A stretch of DNA of 64,000 nt, from contig MWCV01000002.1 of the NCBI GenBank assembly GCA_002070215.1, positions 34,952-98,951 on the forward strand, written 5' to 3'. Source of the stretch: Chloroflexi bacterium ADurb.Bin180. GTDB taxonomy: Bacteria > Chloroflexota > Anaerolineae > UBA2200. The notes under the pieces are model-generated. The model worked only from the letters and a program-made list of their open reading frames with translations. It made no database searches and was not told where the DNA came from. Positions 19,401 to 30,600 of the stretch are shown here, in pieces. Position 1 is the first letter of the stretch. Each line of letters starts with the position of its first letter. Position numbers and translations under genes: made by a program.

Positions 19401-21460
19401 ATCGTCTTGACCGGCGTGGACATGTTGTCCACATACACATCGGCGAGGCCGCCGCCCACATCCTTAACGTAGATGAACGAGACCGCCGACCCGTAGAACT
19501 CCCAGTGCGCCACCGCCGTAGGATCGTTCGTGCCGCCATAGGCCCCGCCACTGGCATGAGCGTCAGCTCCCCAGCCCCAGACGCCGCTGGTCACCACATC
19601 CGGCGACTCTGCCTCCGCATAGCCACCCGCAATGCTGCCGAGAGTGGTAGTGAGACCGACCATCGTTCCGGCAGGCACGGGCTGTCCCGCACCGTCAAGC
19701 ACCGTCGCCGTAATCGTCGCCGTAGATACGCCATCGCCCGGAATCACCGTCGGCCATGAGCCCATGGTCAACGACCACGGGACACAGAGCGCAGGCTCAT
19801 AGGTGACCAGGCCCAGAGGCGCCGAGTCAAACTCGTGATAAATCTCGTTTTCGATGTCGCGGAGGTTGCACCAACCCCAGTAGTTGTAAGTAGCCGTGAT
19901 GTTGGCCCCGTACCCAGTCAGACGCAACTCGTAACTCGTATTGCCGTAAATGCGGTTGGCCGCTGCCGCGCTGCCGCCGATGATGACCTCGCGCAATGAG
20001 GAAGTGCCAGAGATGCGCCTTACCCTCACTCCGGTTCCACCACCGGTGATAGTATTGCGCTGGAGTTTGACCTGTTGAATGATGGCCGTGCCACCATCCT
20101 GAAGGATCAGGACCCCTTCGCTGCACGCATTCAAGGTGTTCCCGGTCAGTTCCACCGACCCAGCCTCGTTGTACACCAGAATGCACGCCTCACTCATGCC
20201 GCCAGTGATGGTATTGCTCATGACCAGTGTGCCGGTGTATACATCCTCCAGCCTGATGTCATGGTCCGAACCACCATTCCCGTTCCCGCTCAGCACGTTG
20301 TTGAGTACAGTGAAACCACCCGGACTGGCCGTTGGGTACTCGCGAAGGTAGATGCCACGGACACGGTTGCCGTAGACCTGGTTCCCGGAGATTTCACCGC
20401 GAGCCTTACGAAACTGAATGCCGTTCTGAAAGCTGTGGACAATGTTGTTCAAGACCTTGACGCCAACCACCGGCTGAAAGACTGCTGATGCATCGTCCCT
20501 GTTGGTGATGCCACGTGCCCCGGTGTGGCTCTTGACAGTGAAGCCTCTGACCATCACATTGTCCGCGAGAATCTGCACTGCCGAGTCATTGGTCACGCTG
20601 ATACTGGTGCTCGCCGCACCGCCCGTGCTCGCCAGAGTGATCTGCTTGGTGAGGGTCACCGCGCCGGTGTAGCTGCCTGGCTTGACATTGATGGTACCCA
20701 GAGAGCCAACCGCCATCGTGCCTTCCTGGATGGTGGTGAACGCATTCACACCCCATAGCTTGCCATCGTTGTAGCAGGTAGGGCAATAGAGGTCGTCGTC
20801 AACCCACACGTCCAGAGGCGAGAACTTGACGGCGTCAGCCACAACGTAACCGGGCGTCGGAGTTCCCGAGGGAGTAGTGCTGTCCCCCAGCCTGACGAAA
20901 TCCTGGGTATAGAACCCCTGGAACCGGTACACGCCAAGCCGCACCCACCCCGACTCCTCTTCACCTACGGCCGGTGTACCATCGTTCTTGTTCTGCTGGT
21001 TCACCATCACCGTGCTAGTTCCCCCAGCATGTCGAACGATGTACTGCGCGTCGCTGCGGCGGTTCGGGTGAGCTACATAGTGTACAAAGACCTCATACCA
21101 ACCTGCCTGCAGGTCCGGGTGCCACTCCACATAGTCCTTCAGGTTGTTGTCGGCCTGCGCGTACAGATAATCGCCGTTCTGCCCCAACCCGGCCGACACA
21201 TGCGTCCACCCGTCGGTACCACCGGAGCCGCTGCGTATGACAAAGTAGGGGTAGGCAGTGCTGTTGTCTACGATATAGCCGGTGTAGGACGGTCGAAGCA
21301 GCAGAGACGACGCTTCCCCCGATTCCACGCTCCCGGGGCCGGCAGGTCCCTGCGGTGGTGGTTGGGCCATTACAGGAAGCAGCGCCAACGTCCCAAAAAG
21401 GATTATGACCAAACAGATAAACGCCAGCGCTGACTTCCCGGTGTTCAGCCGATGGTCCAT
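16463..21460 (-). CDS. Giant secreted surface protein (1,666 aa): signal peptide, shared N-terminal beta-sandwich domain, right-handed parallel beta-helix (NosD/pectate-lyase-like), R module, DUF11 repeat, multiple Big_1 Ig-like domains
   Basis: I place the start at ATG 21458-21460 (MDHRLNTGKSALAFICLVIILFGTLALLPVMAQP, signal peptide), with GGAGG 7 nt upstream. The ORF track extends it to 21616. The beta-helix begins DVWVDDDLYCPTCYNDGKLWG...TIQEG, has repeated N.I.GN turns and ends YNYWGWCN. Big_1-type segments (DGVSTATITATVLDGAGQPV) are present. DUF11 segment: VRKSASVGTVSPGKEITYTITYGNLGAAVATGTVVTDALP. The plus-strand ORFs 16373..18151 and 18326..19759 are antisense noise. Confidence 0.85.
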   Translation of the reverse strand: MDHRLNTGKSALAFICLVIILFGTLALLPVMAQPPPQGPAGPGSVESGEASSLLLRPSYTGYIVDNSTAYPYFVIRSGSGGTDGWTHVSAGLGQNGDYLYAQADNNLKDYVEWHPDLQAGWYEVFVHYVAHPNRRSDAQYIVRHAGGTSTVMVNQQNKNDGTPAVGEEESGWVRLGVYRFQGFYTQDFVRLGDSTTPSGTPTPGYVVADAVKFSPLDVWVDDDLYCPTCYNDGKLWGVNAFTTIQEGTMAVGSLGTINVKPGSYTGAVTLTKQITLASTGGAASTSISVTNDSAVQILADNVMVRGFTVKSHTGARGITNRDDASAVFQPVVGVKVLNNIVHSFQNGIQFRKARGEISGNQVYGNRVRGIYLREYPTASPGGFTVLNNVLSGNGNGGSDHDIRLEDVYTGTLVMSNTITGGMSEACILVYNEAGSVELTGNTLNACSEGVLILQDGGTAIIQQVKLQRNTITGGGTGVRVRRISGTSSLREVIIGGSAAAANRIYGNTSYELRLTGYGANITATYNYWGWCNLRDIENEIYHEFDSAPLGLVTYEPALCVPWSLTMGSWPTVIPGDGVSTATITATVLDGAGQPVPAGTMVGLTTTLGSIAGGYAEAESPDVVTSGVWGWGADAHASGGAYGGTNDPTAVAHWEFYGSAVSFIYVKDVGGGLADVYVDNMSTPVKTIDMSSAFPGGEWGVEEVIKTGLSATGVHSIEVRMNAASPGPIWADAFRAGGTVGANGQLLATLRSTPISNTATIWGSVYNGRIILAATPPTVYPFLMEHAHVTFMGSDVWVRKSASVGTVSPGKEITYTITYGNLGAAVATGTVVTDALPDGFLLVRTRSTPTLPAYTVIPPLTYTWPVGNLAPGATGVITLVAKPDPAYSWPSTPELRTNVALIDTQIFDGAAGNDGWGETVSVVPNPPAVITVTAFPTEIMADGVSTAVITAEVKDMYHHPVLDGTAVNMVTSLPGTVFLPGGTASFSGVTLGGLVVTTLQGGTVAGTTFITATSGTAKGAGRVQVLALEPYSVTITANPMVIPVSHGNISTTLRVTVTDIYANLVSGAAVTLTTDAGSLRAPNGATGTGVVITTSNGFGTGWLASTETVMTATVTAEITTTGRPTATVQVYFKPGLPYTITSAAFPASAMVCGGEAVVTATISDEFGNLVEDGTEVNFNIVQGERGDAYPRLTSTVNGIATTVVRTKSYMFGQPYLDVYILARRETRRVDWQHRLTLLVGLADSVAFRFTPTPSANGPDSIVEARVRDCAGNNVANGTVVTFTVGAGALISPTVTTTDGGFAYSSLRCGCTVGPLDVSAEADGRTFSTVVVIEPGIPDRVSLSISPTDIMNCGGTAVVTGTVRDVCNNLVRDNTPVLLTPQYGMVSLSQYLLFTKNGIVTATVRANQNKRIEPPYWPSGLEQIIGTSGTAMPGFVNLNVRPGAASIILVSVDPAEIPLNGDVNGYNITVVANVQDCSTTPVEDGTTIRLKTDKGLFLESGNWFVDLTTLNGLVTATLTSQSVAGTVVISGTSGSAVGTAKAYFKPGDPWLLEVWAYPPTIVAGGHTSTQVTARVFDEYHNDVGAGVTVTFVTDYGHFQDGNSMYTTTTALDGLAFAILTSDVVPHTALVRAITPNYRQGYTYVFFTEPPVYHYLNLPLITRRRFMP

Positions 21461-21602
21461 CTTCAACCTCCTAGCTTGGCCATGAAGTTGGTGCAAGGTA
21501 TGCTGCTCCGCGCAAGCGGAACAATCCATAGCAGATGACGTGACATGATTATACAAGATACGGGCCCCACTGCGTGATGCACTGTCTATGCTGCCGCCAG
21601 GG

Positions 21603-21639
21603 CTCTCCTCCCGCAACGGAGAATGCTGCGGGAGGAGAG
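21603..21639 (-). terminator. GC-rich hairpin 12 nt after the stop of the 4,300-aa gene (13-bp perfect stem, 11-nt loop); terminator or processing/stability element between the two giant genes
   Basis: CTCTCCTCCCGCA-acggagaatgc-TGCGGGAGGAGAG. No U tract. A TATAAT hexamer follows on the minus strand (complement at 21548-21553) and could be the -10 of the downstream giant gene. Confidence 0.35.
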
Positions 21640-21651
21640 TTGTCTATCCAG

Positions 21652-24600
21652 CTACCGCCACTTGAGAATCACGGGCAGCGACGTCTTCCAGATTCGCTGC
21701 GGCGGCAGGGTCGGCGTCGGTGTGGGCTGGTAGTAAAAGTCCACAAACGCCTCGCCACGCTTTCCACCCGCCGTAGCGGCGACGCGAGCCATGCCCGGTA
21801 TGGCACTGGAGGTCAGGATCGCCCTCGCCCTGCCACCTATGGTTGCTGTGGTAAAGGCCCCGCCGCCAGGGAAGCTGCCCAGGTCGGTCGAGAACACCAC
21901 AGCGGTACGGTCCGCCACATAGTTGCCGTAGCGGTCACGGAGCTCGGCCTCAACCGTGGAGGTGGTCACACCGTTGGCCGCGATCGACAGCGGGTTGGCC
22001 GTCACGAGTATGTCAAACACTGGTCCGGGCACGTATTCGACCACCACCGTTGCCTGGCGTGCACCCGCCTCGATTCTTACGCTCGCCGATCCTGTTTCGT
22101 TAGGTGAGGTGAGCGTTGCCACTGCCCGACCGTTAGCTGTAGTTGTCGTTCGTGGCGTGAGGCTGCCACCTCCCGATAGCAGCGTGAAGGTCACCACCGT
22201 CCCGTCCGTCACCGGATAGTTGCCGCAGTCAAACACCCTTATGCGGATGGCGGCGTTGTTCCCGCCCACCGGCACCCGCGGCGGCTCGGCATTTGCTTCG
22301 ATGCGATCCGGCGGCCCGACCAGGAAGGTAATGGCATAGGTACCGACGACCGAGTTACGCCAGTTCTCAGGCCATGCCCAGACCGTTGCCGGACCTGGCA
22401 CGCGCCCCGAACTGATGATCGCCTGAGCTACTCCGTTCAGGGTGCGGCCGCCATCGATCGGCTCCACATCACCCTGTGGTGTCACATCGAACACCACGAC
22501 CGTACCATCCTTCACCGGATTGCCATAACGATCTTCGACCACCACCGTCGCCAGCCCCGTTCCACCGCAGCCGTCGATGATGGCTGGTTCAACCGACCGG
22601 AAGCGAATGGTGTGTGGCGGACCGGGCTCAAAAGTGATCATCACCGCGGCCGAGTTGGCACCCACCTTGGCTTGAACCAGTGCCCTTCCGGCCACCGTCG
22701 AGTACAGGCCGACAACGCCCCTGCCACCCACCGTCGTGGTGAACGTTCGAGTGATCAGGCTATCCTTGAACCAACCGAGGCTGGTGGTCAAAGAGATCAC
22801 CGTGCCATCAAGCACCGGGTTACCGAACTCGTCTCTCGCCGTGACGGTGATTTGAGACGAGTTGCCCACCGGCAGTACCAGCGGGTGAGCCATAATGCTG
22901 ACTAGCCCTGGGCCCGGCAGGAAGCGCACGTTCACCGTCCGTACCGCCGCACCGCAGGATGCCGTCACCGTAGCGGTCACGGCGGAGTTGCCCGACGCGA
23001 GGATCGTCGTCACGCCGCCACTCACCGTGTAGTCAACGGCTGGGCTCACGAACCCGGCGTTGGTGGCAAAGCTCACCGCAGTGCCGTCCTCAACCCAGTT
23101 GCCGTACATGTCGACTACGTTGGCCTGGATCACCGAGGTGGAACCACCGACCGGGATCGCTGTCGGCATGGCCATCAACGTCATCGTGAAGGCACCCAGC
23201 GGCCGGATCAGTACTTGCGTGGTCGCGTGCAGTGCACCGGCCGACGCTGTGATATCGGCAAGGCCCGCACTCGGGCCCGAGGTAAGTGTTGCCACCGCCG
23301 TTCCGCCCGACGTAGGTATCGTGACCACCGAACTTCCGGGGAAGCCGCCCAAACTGGCAAAGAAGGTCACCATCGTGCCGTCTGGCGCGGGGTTCCCATA
23401 CACGTCGCGCAACGTTGCGTACAGGCTCGACGTATCTCCACCGACGTAGACAAAGCTCGGCGAGGCATAGAGAGTCATCGTCACTGGTTCACTGGGCACG
23501 ATGGTTGCGTTGGCTCTGCCCACATTGTTCGCGCCGGCAGTATCGGCTGTGCTTGAGTCAACCGTTGCCGTGTTGGTAATTACTGTTGCCGCCGGCCAGT
23601 AACGAGCAGTGTTGATCCTGCCGCCAAACTGGATGCTCAACTGTTCACCAGGAGCCATGTTGCCGAGTGACCACCAGAAGTTGGTGCCGGGGCTGATCAC
23701 CAGCGGCGCGCGGCTGAACCAGGTGTCCAGCAGCCAGTCTGTGCTCAGCACACTGTCGCTGATGAGGTCGTCCAGCGTCGTCGCAGTGGCCGTCATCGGT
23801 CCGTTGTTTCGGATATCGAGGCTGAAGGTGATCCATTGGCCAATCTCGATACTGCTCGCCGGCTGGATACTCTTTGTCACCGACAGGTCAGCCGGCCCGA
23901 ACCTTACGTTGACATAGCCCGGGATCAGCACGGGCACGATGCCGGCGGTATCCGACACCGTGACTCCAGCGACGATCGCCGTGCCCACGTGCGTCGCGGC
24001 AGTCAACACCGCCACGGCCTCTCCGCCGCTCGTCGTCATACCTGAACGGACGGCATCGATGCGTATTGGGCCAGTCCCAGGCCGGTGGGTGATGCGCAGT
24101 ACATGCGCCTCAGTCGGATCACCCGCCCAGGTGAACACCCTCTCAGCGCGGAAGGTCACAGACCCGCCCATGTTGATGTCGCCAAGCAGGTTTGCACCAT
24201 CCAGATAGACGTCAGCCCAGCCGTCGCCCGGAGCCCTGATGTACATGATGCTGACGCCGTTACCGTGAAAGTTCCAGTACATCGACGCGCCATCGAGCGA
24301 GGTCATCCGATAAGCCCCGCCACTCGCTGCGCCGTCGGCTGTCGACGTCCAACTCGACGGCGGTTGCTGCGTCAGAGCTGATTCCTCCGCATAGCCATAG
24401 ATCATCGACCCCAGCGAAGTTGTAAAGCCGACAAAGTAGCCATCCGGCGAAGGATAGCCGCCCGAGTCCAGCACCCTCGCCACGATAGTCGACGTGGAGA
24501 TGCCGTCGGCCGGAATCGCTGCCGGGTTCGCCACCAGCACCGTCTCTGCCGGTGGGCCAACGTTGATCCAGACCGTCGTCTCAGCCAACACTCCAGCCGT

Positions 24601-27600
24601 GGTCGCCGTTATCCGTGCCGCCCCGACCGAGTTCTGGCTGTAGAAGGTCAGATTCACCCTGCCGTGACTATCTGAGGTGCGCGTTACGTTCGTAACGACG
24701 TCGCTCGCATTCAGGCTGCCAATCGTCGTGGTGATGTTGACCACTCGGCCAGCCACCGGATTACCGCACGCATCATAGACCACGATCCTCACCGCGGACG
24801 ATTGATCGACCAGGATATTGGCCGGTGTAGCCGTGATGGTCATGGTGAAGGGCGGCCCCGCCGTTAGCACCACACTCTTCGAGGCCAAGTTCTCCCCGTC
24901 CTGATCCTCGACGGTAAGCGACTTGATCTCTGCGTCATTCGACACTTCTCCCAGGAACGGCTCACAGGCATGGCGCGCCGTGACTGTGATTGCTCCGCTC
25001 ACGCCCGGCTGCAAGTTGCCCAAGCTCCAAACCCAGATGTTGTCGGTTGGGTTCTGGGGCGGACCAACGTTGGGCCGCGACGTGGAGCCAACATAGGTTA
25101 GCAGGCTAGGCAGCGTATCCGTTACCACAGCAGCGGTACCCTGGGTTGCGCCCGCATTCGTATAGTACAGGGTGAACGTTACCAGCTCATTCGGCGGTAT
25201 CTGTTCCGGGTAGCCCACCTTGCTGATCATAAGATCCGTGCACAGGAATTCAACCTCGGCCTGCCGAATGAGAACCTCTCCAATGCCAACCTCGTACCTG
25301 CTTTCCACCGCAGTGGCCGTTACCGTTGCCGTGGAGCAGTCCTGCGCCGAGGTGAGCAGAGCCGTTGCCACTCCGTTCACGGTAGTAGCGCCGGAGCGGA
25401 TGGCATCGAGCCAAACGCGGCCAGTCACACACTCAACGCGCACTGTGTGCAACACAGATGGGTTGAGACCGTTCACCACCGTCTCGCGCCGCCACATTGT
25501 CGACCCGGCGCTGAGGTCGATCAGAGCTTTCTCGTCGCCGTCGACAAACACCCTGGCCTGGCCACCGCCAACGCCGCGTCGGTACATCACAGACACGGCG
25601 CTGCCCCGGAACTCCCAGCTTACCCAGGCCCCGGGGTTGTCCGTGTAGATAAAGTTGTTGCCACTCGCATTCGCGTTGAACGTCGGTGGGGACCAATCAC
25701 CTACCGAGCGGTCGACTTCAGGCCCCTCGGCCTCGACCAGGTCATGCAGCATGGAGCCGAGGTCGGTCTCAAAGCCAACCATCGTTCCGGTATTGACCAG
25801 ATTGCCGTTCGCATCGCGAACCGTCGCCGTCAGGATCGCTGTGGATACCCCGTCGGCCGGGATCGCCACCGGGCTACGCTCCAGCACCAGACTGGACGGA
25901 GGACCTGACATCACGTCGACGCCAAGAACGCCTTCCTCTCCATCCACCGTCGCGGTGACCCAGATCGTACCGGCAATGGTACCTGCCTTGAGCGTTGTCC
26001 AGTGAGTGCCATTCGGCTTGAGCACTCGCGACAGGGGACTCATACTGGCGGTGCCAAGCGGCGAGAACGCAAAGGTCGCCGTGTGTCCCGCACAGGGGTT
26101 GTTGAACTGGTCCACAGCGGTCACGGTGATGGTCGCCGTGCTCGTAAAGCCTGGGGGTTCCAGACCAAGCGGCCAGATCTGTGGCGGGTTCGCTTGCAGT
26201 GTAATGGTTACAGCCGGGCCGGCGACAAAGTCTACCCAGGTGTAGACGGACTGGAATGGAGTCGTCGCCGTGATATAGGAGCGGCCCACAACCGTGGCCG
26301 ACTGGAGCGCTGCATAGGCCCTTCCGCTACTCGTCAACCGCTGCACCGGCGGCGTACCGAAGGAGCCAAGGCTGTTGGTCAGTGTGATGACCGTATTGTC
26401 CAGCACATCATAGACCGGAGTGCACGTCGCGCAGCGCATCGTTAGCGTGACGCTCGACGTAGACACACCATCGGCCGGAATCTCCGTCGGTGCGCGCGCA
26501 ATGTCCAGCCTGATTGGCGGTGTGTAGTCGACGTTCGCTCCGAGGCCAGTAAACACGTCGCGCGGCACCGTGCTCGCACTTGGACTGCTCGTCGGGCTGT
26601 TGTGACCCCACCAGTTGCCTTCCGCATCTGCCGCCACGGTCGTCACGTTGCTATAGATACCAAACTTGCCATTGGCATAGATGCTGTTGCCATGCAATTG
26701 CAGCGGTGCGCCAGCCGTATAGCCCAGAGAGGTCAGGTAGATGCCGTGATTCACGTTGTCGCGTATCCAGTTGCGCAGAATCACCGGCCCCACGTTGCTG
26801 CCATCCAACCCGATGCCGGCAGCATCAGGCAAGAGACCGCCGGCGTTTTGCACGTAGGCGATCACGTTGCCCTCGACATGGACGTTGGTTGTACCGTTGA
26901 GCGCCAGACCGCCCAGGTCAAAACCGCCGCCAGTGCTGCGGTTGGTGGACATGATGGTATTGCTCAAGACGCTGGTGTTCAAGGTGTTGGAACCGATGCG
27001 AATGCCGTCAAAGGCAATGCCGTGCACGCGGTTCAGTTCCACCACGTTGTCGCTCGCTGACCCGGCGACACCAGTGACCCGCAGCCCAAATCCGCCCACC
27101 TCAAAGATGTGGTTGTTGCGGATTCGGTTGCGATTTCCTGCGTTCAAGTCAGCACCGAACCCGGCACAGTCACGGAAGGCATTGTCCGCCACCACGCCGT
27201 CGTTCACAAAAGTGGCGGTGAACGCGCCAGTGGCGCAGCCGCTGATGACGTTGTTCGTCACGGTGATGCCATTGAGCGGATTGGCCAGGCGACCATCCAG
27301 GAACATGCCAAAGCCAAAGTTCGAGATGGCAAAGCCCTCTATGGTCGACCCATCCGCAGAGGCAGTGACCAGGATGCCGTTTCCGGAGCCGCTGCCCACC
27401 AGATGGGTAGTGCCGCCGCTGCCGGCGCCATCCAGGTAGATTGGCTTGCCGATGGTGATGCCGCCGGAGTAGACACCGTCAGCTACATGCACCGTGCCCC
27501 AGCTAGCGACAGCGGTGATCGCCGGCGGAATGGTGCTGAAGGCATCATAGCCCCACTGGTGCCCGTCGTTCGGGCAGATGTCGCAGTAGGCCGGATTGAC

Positions 27601-30600
27601 CCAGACCTCCTTCGGCTGCAGGAAAGGCACGATCAGCGTTCGCGTTGGGAAGGTGCCGACGACCCGTGCTACGCCTGGAATGTCTATTCCAGTCGCGATG
27701 ATGCGGGCATTCACCGGCGGCAGCATGCTGGCGGTGAGCGTTGCCTTGGCCTGCCCGCCAACGACTGCAGCACCAGCACGGAACGCGTCAAGGCGTACGA
27801 CGCCGGACTGGCACACAATCTCCAACTGATGGCTAACGTTCGGGTCGAGGTCGGCAGCAATTACCTGCTCTCTCCAGCCCGGTATCGCGTTCGTGTCGAT
27901 ATCGACGGGGCTGGCGCCATCGATCCTCACGCGCATGACGCCTCCCACTCCGTCCTGGTAGTAGACTACCGAGACCGCCTCACCACGGAAGTTCCAGTAC
28001 ACCGAGGCAGCCACCGTCGCCGTCCGGATGTACCATCCACCACTGGCAGTTCCGTCCGGGAAAGCGGTCCAACCCGTAGACGAAATCACTTCAGCCGCTT
28101 CGGCCTCCACGTAGCGGTAAAGCGAGCCATGGGTCGTAGTCATACCGACCATGGTCAGGTCCGGAACCAGATTGCCGTACTGATCCAGAACGATGGCCGT
28201 GATGAGCGAAGTATCCAGGCCGTTCGCACGCAGCGAAGGCGGATTGGCTGTAAGCGAGGTGATGGTGTAGGGTGAGCCGGCGATGATCTGGACGTCGGCA
28301 AAATCAGCCACAAAGCCAGAGTACGCACCGACGATGGCCCTGCCCGGGATGATCCCCGCGTGCAGCGTGGTCGTGGCCACTCCTCCGCCAAAAACCGTGC
28401 TCGAGATCGGCACCAGAGTGCCCAGGGTCGTATCAAAGTAGATTGGCGTGCCAGGCGACACGGGGTTGGCATAGATGTCGCGCACCTCTGCTGATATCAC
28501 GGACGTTTCTCCGACCCTGATCCGGTTAGGAGCCGCCGTCACACTGATAGTGGCCGGGGCAAGGGGCAGTATCTGAACCGACGTGGTCACCACGCCGTGG
28601 TTAGCCACATAGCCAGTGATGACCGCAGTCCCAGCCACAGTGCCTGGCTTGAACGCGACGATAGTCCAACCTCCGTTGAGCGCACTGACTGCGACAGGAC
28701 CCGGAGGAGCTCCAAGCTGACCCAGACTGGTGGTCAGAGTGATGGGCATTCCATCGAGCATGCAACACCCGCCGCCACAGGCTGTGGCAGTGATCACGAT
28801 CGATGGACCGCCTGCGAGAACCGTTGGCGCAGAAGGAGCCAGCAGTACACGAATGCGCGGGTCATAATCGACGTTCACCGGCGGTCGGTAGATGTCACGC
28901 GGCGCCGAAGTACCCGTTGTCGGTGTGTTGCGCCCCCACCAGTTGCCGGTCGCATCGACGATGGGCGGAGCCGCCACCTGGTTGCGTATTCCAAACCGAC
29001 CGTTGCCATAGATATGGTTGCAGTGCAACACTGGCGGTGCTCCGACGTTGAACGCCCAGAGCAGCACGCCGTCGTTCACGTTGTTCAGGAATTGGTTGTA
29101 GCTGGCGCTCGAGCCAGAATCGCTCCCGCCGATCCATAGCCCGGCTGTGTCATTGCTGCCGCCTGCTGTTCCGACGCCGAACACCTTGTTGTACTCCACG
29201 ACCGAATTCGTCGTGTTGTACAAGACGATGCCACCTTCGTTAAAGCCCAACCCGCTGAGGGTGAGGTTGGTTGTGTCTATGATATTGCTCACCACCGAGG
29301 TGTTGGAGCTGCTGTCGCCAGCGACGATGCCATTCCAGCCCAGGTTCTGCAGCGAGTTGTGGGAGATCAGCGCCCCGGTCGTGCTGCGAGTCCTCAGGCC
29401 AAAGCCGCCGATGTCATGGAACCGGTTGCCAATGAAGGACGGGGTGTTGCCGTTGTACAGGTCGATGCCATATCCGCTGCCGGCATAGATCTCGTTGTCA
29501 GCAAAATACCCTTTGTCTACAAAAGTAGCCGTAATGGCGCCCGTGGCATTGTTGATCAGGGCGTTGTTCACGAACTGGAATCCGTCAATGTGGTTCGCGG
29601 TCCGGCCATCCAGATACACACCCAGCCCGAAATCGCGGATGGTGAACCCGTCGATCGTCACGCCGTCTCCCGGCCGACGCACCACCACTCCCGTACCGCT
29701 TCCGGCACCCTGGATAAACGTACTGGAGCTGCCATCACCAACCAGGTGCATAGTGCGAGTAACAACCACCGGCAACGGATAAGTGCCGGCCAACACTCGT
29801 ACGGTGCCGTTCGTCTTGACTCCCTGCACGCCCCCGGGAATCGTGTCGAATGCGTCTGAGCCGATACTGGCCGATCCGCCGCCGACATAGCCCGGCAGCG
29901 TCACCACGGTACCATTCGGCAGGCCGACCCAGTCATCGTCCACCCACACCACATCACCCTGACCAAAGATCACCGTGGTGGTGACGACCAGGTCGGTCAG
30001 AGGCAGATGCCCGATTCTCTCTGTTGCATACACAGTAGCTGTATGGGTTTCAGTCGGGCTCAAGATCGCCAGTGCTGGTGCCTTGAGCTGAGCCAGGGCT
30101 TGCCCGCCGCTGCTCACAGGGCCGGACCGGAACGCGTCCAGCCGAATGGTCGCCGACTGCACCGTGACTTCAATGACGTGGTCCACATAGGGGGACAGGC
30201 CTGTGGCAATAACCCGCTCGACCCAGGCTCCTGCGCCGTTGGTATCCACGTCAATGGGAGCACCGGCGTCTATGCGCACGCGCATGACGCCTCCGCTGCC
30301 AAACCGCCTGTAGCGGAGCGCCACACCCTCACCGCGGAAGACCCAGGACGCGGCTGCTCCCGGCGTGGTCGAGTTCAGGTAACGTCCGCCGCTGGCCGTG
30401 GGATCATTGACCCCCGACCAGCCGGTAGATGTCATCACTACCGACGACTCGGCCTCGACAAAGGCATAGTTGACAATGGAGCCGAGCGTAGTGGTAAAGC
30501 CCACCAGCTCGCCGTCAGGGATGGGATTGCCCAGACAGTCCACCATAGTAACGGTCAGATTAGACAGCGCGACACCGTTCGCGGGCAAGGTTGTCGGAGC

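Noticed and set aside
16373-19759. Long plus-strand ORFs (592 aa, 477 aa and others) inside the 1,666-aa gene, and similar ones (e.g. 27109..28275, 30007..30762) inside the 4,300-aa gene
   Set aside because: They are antisense or out of frame to a continuous, domain-rich minus-strand ORF. Their translations are Arg/His/Gly-rich with no recognisable motifs.
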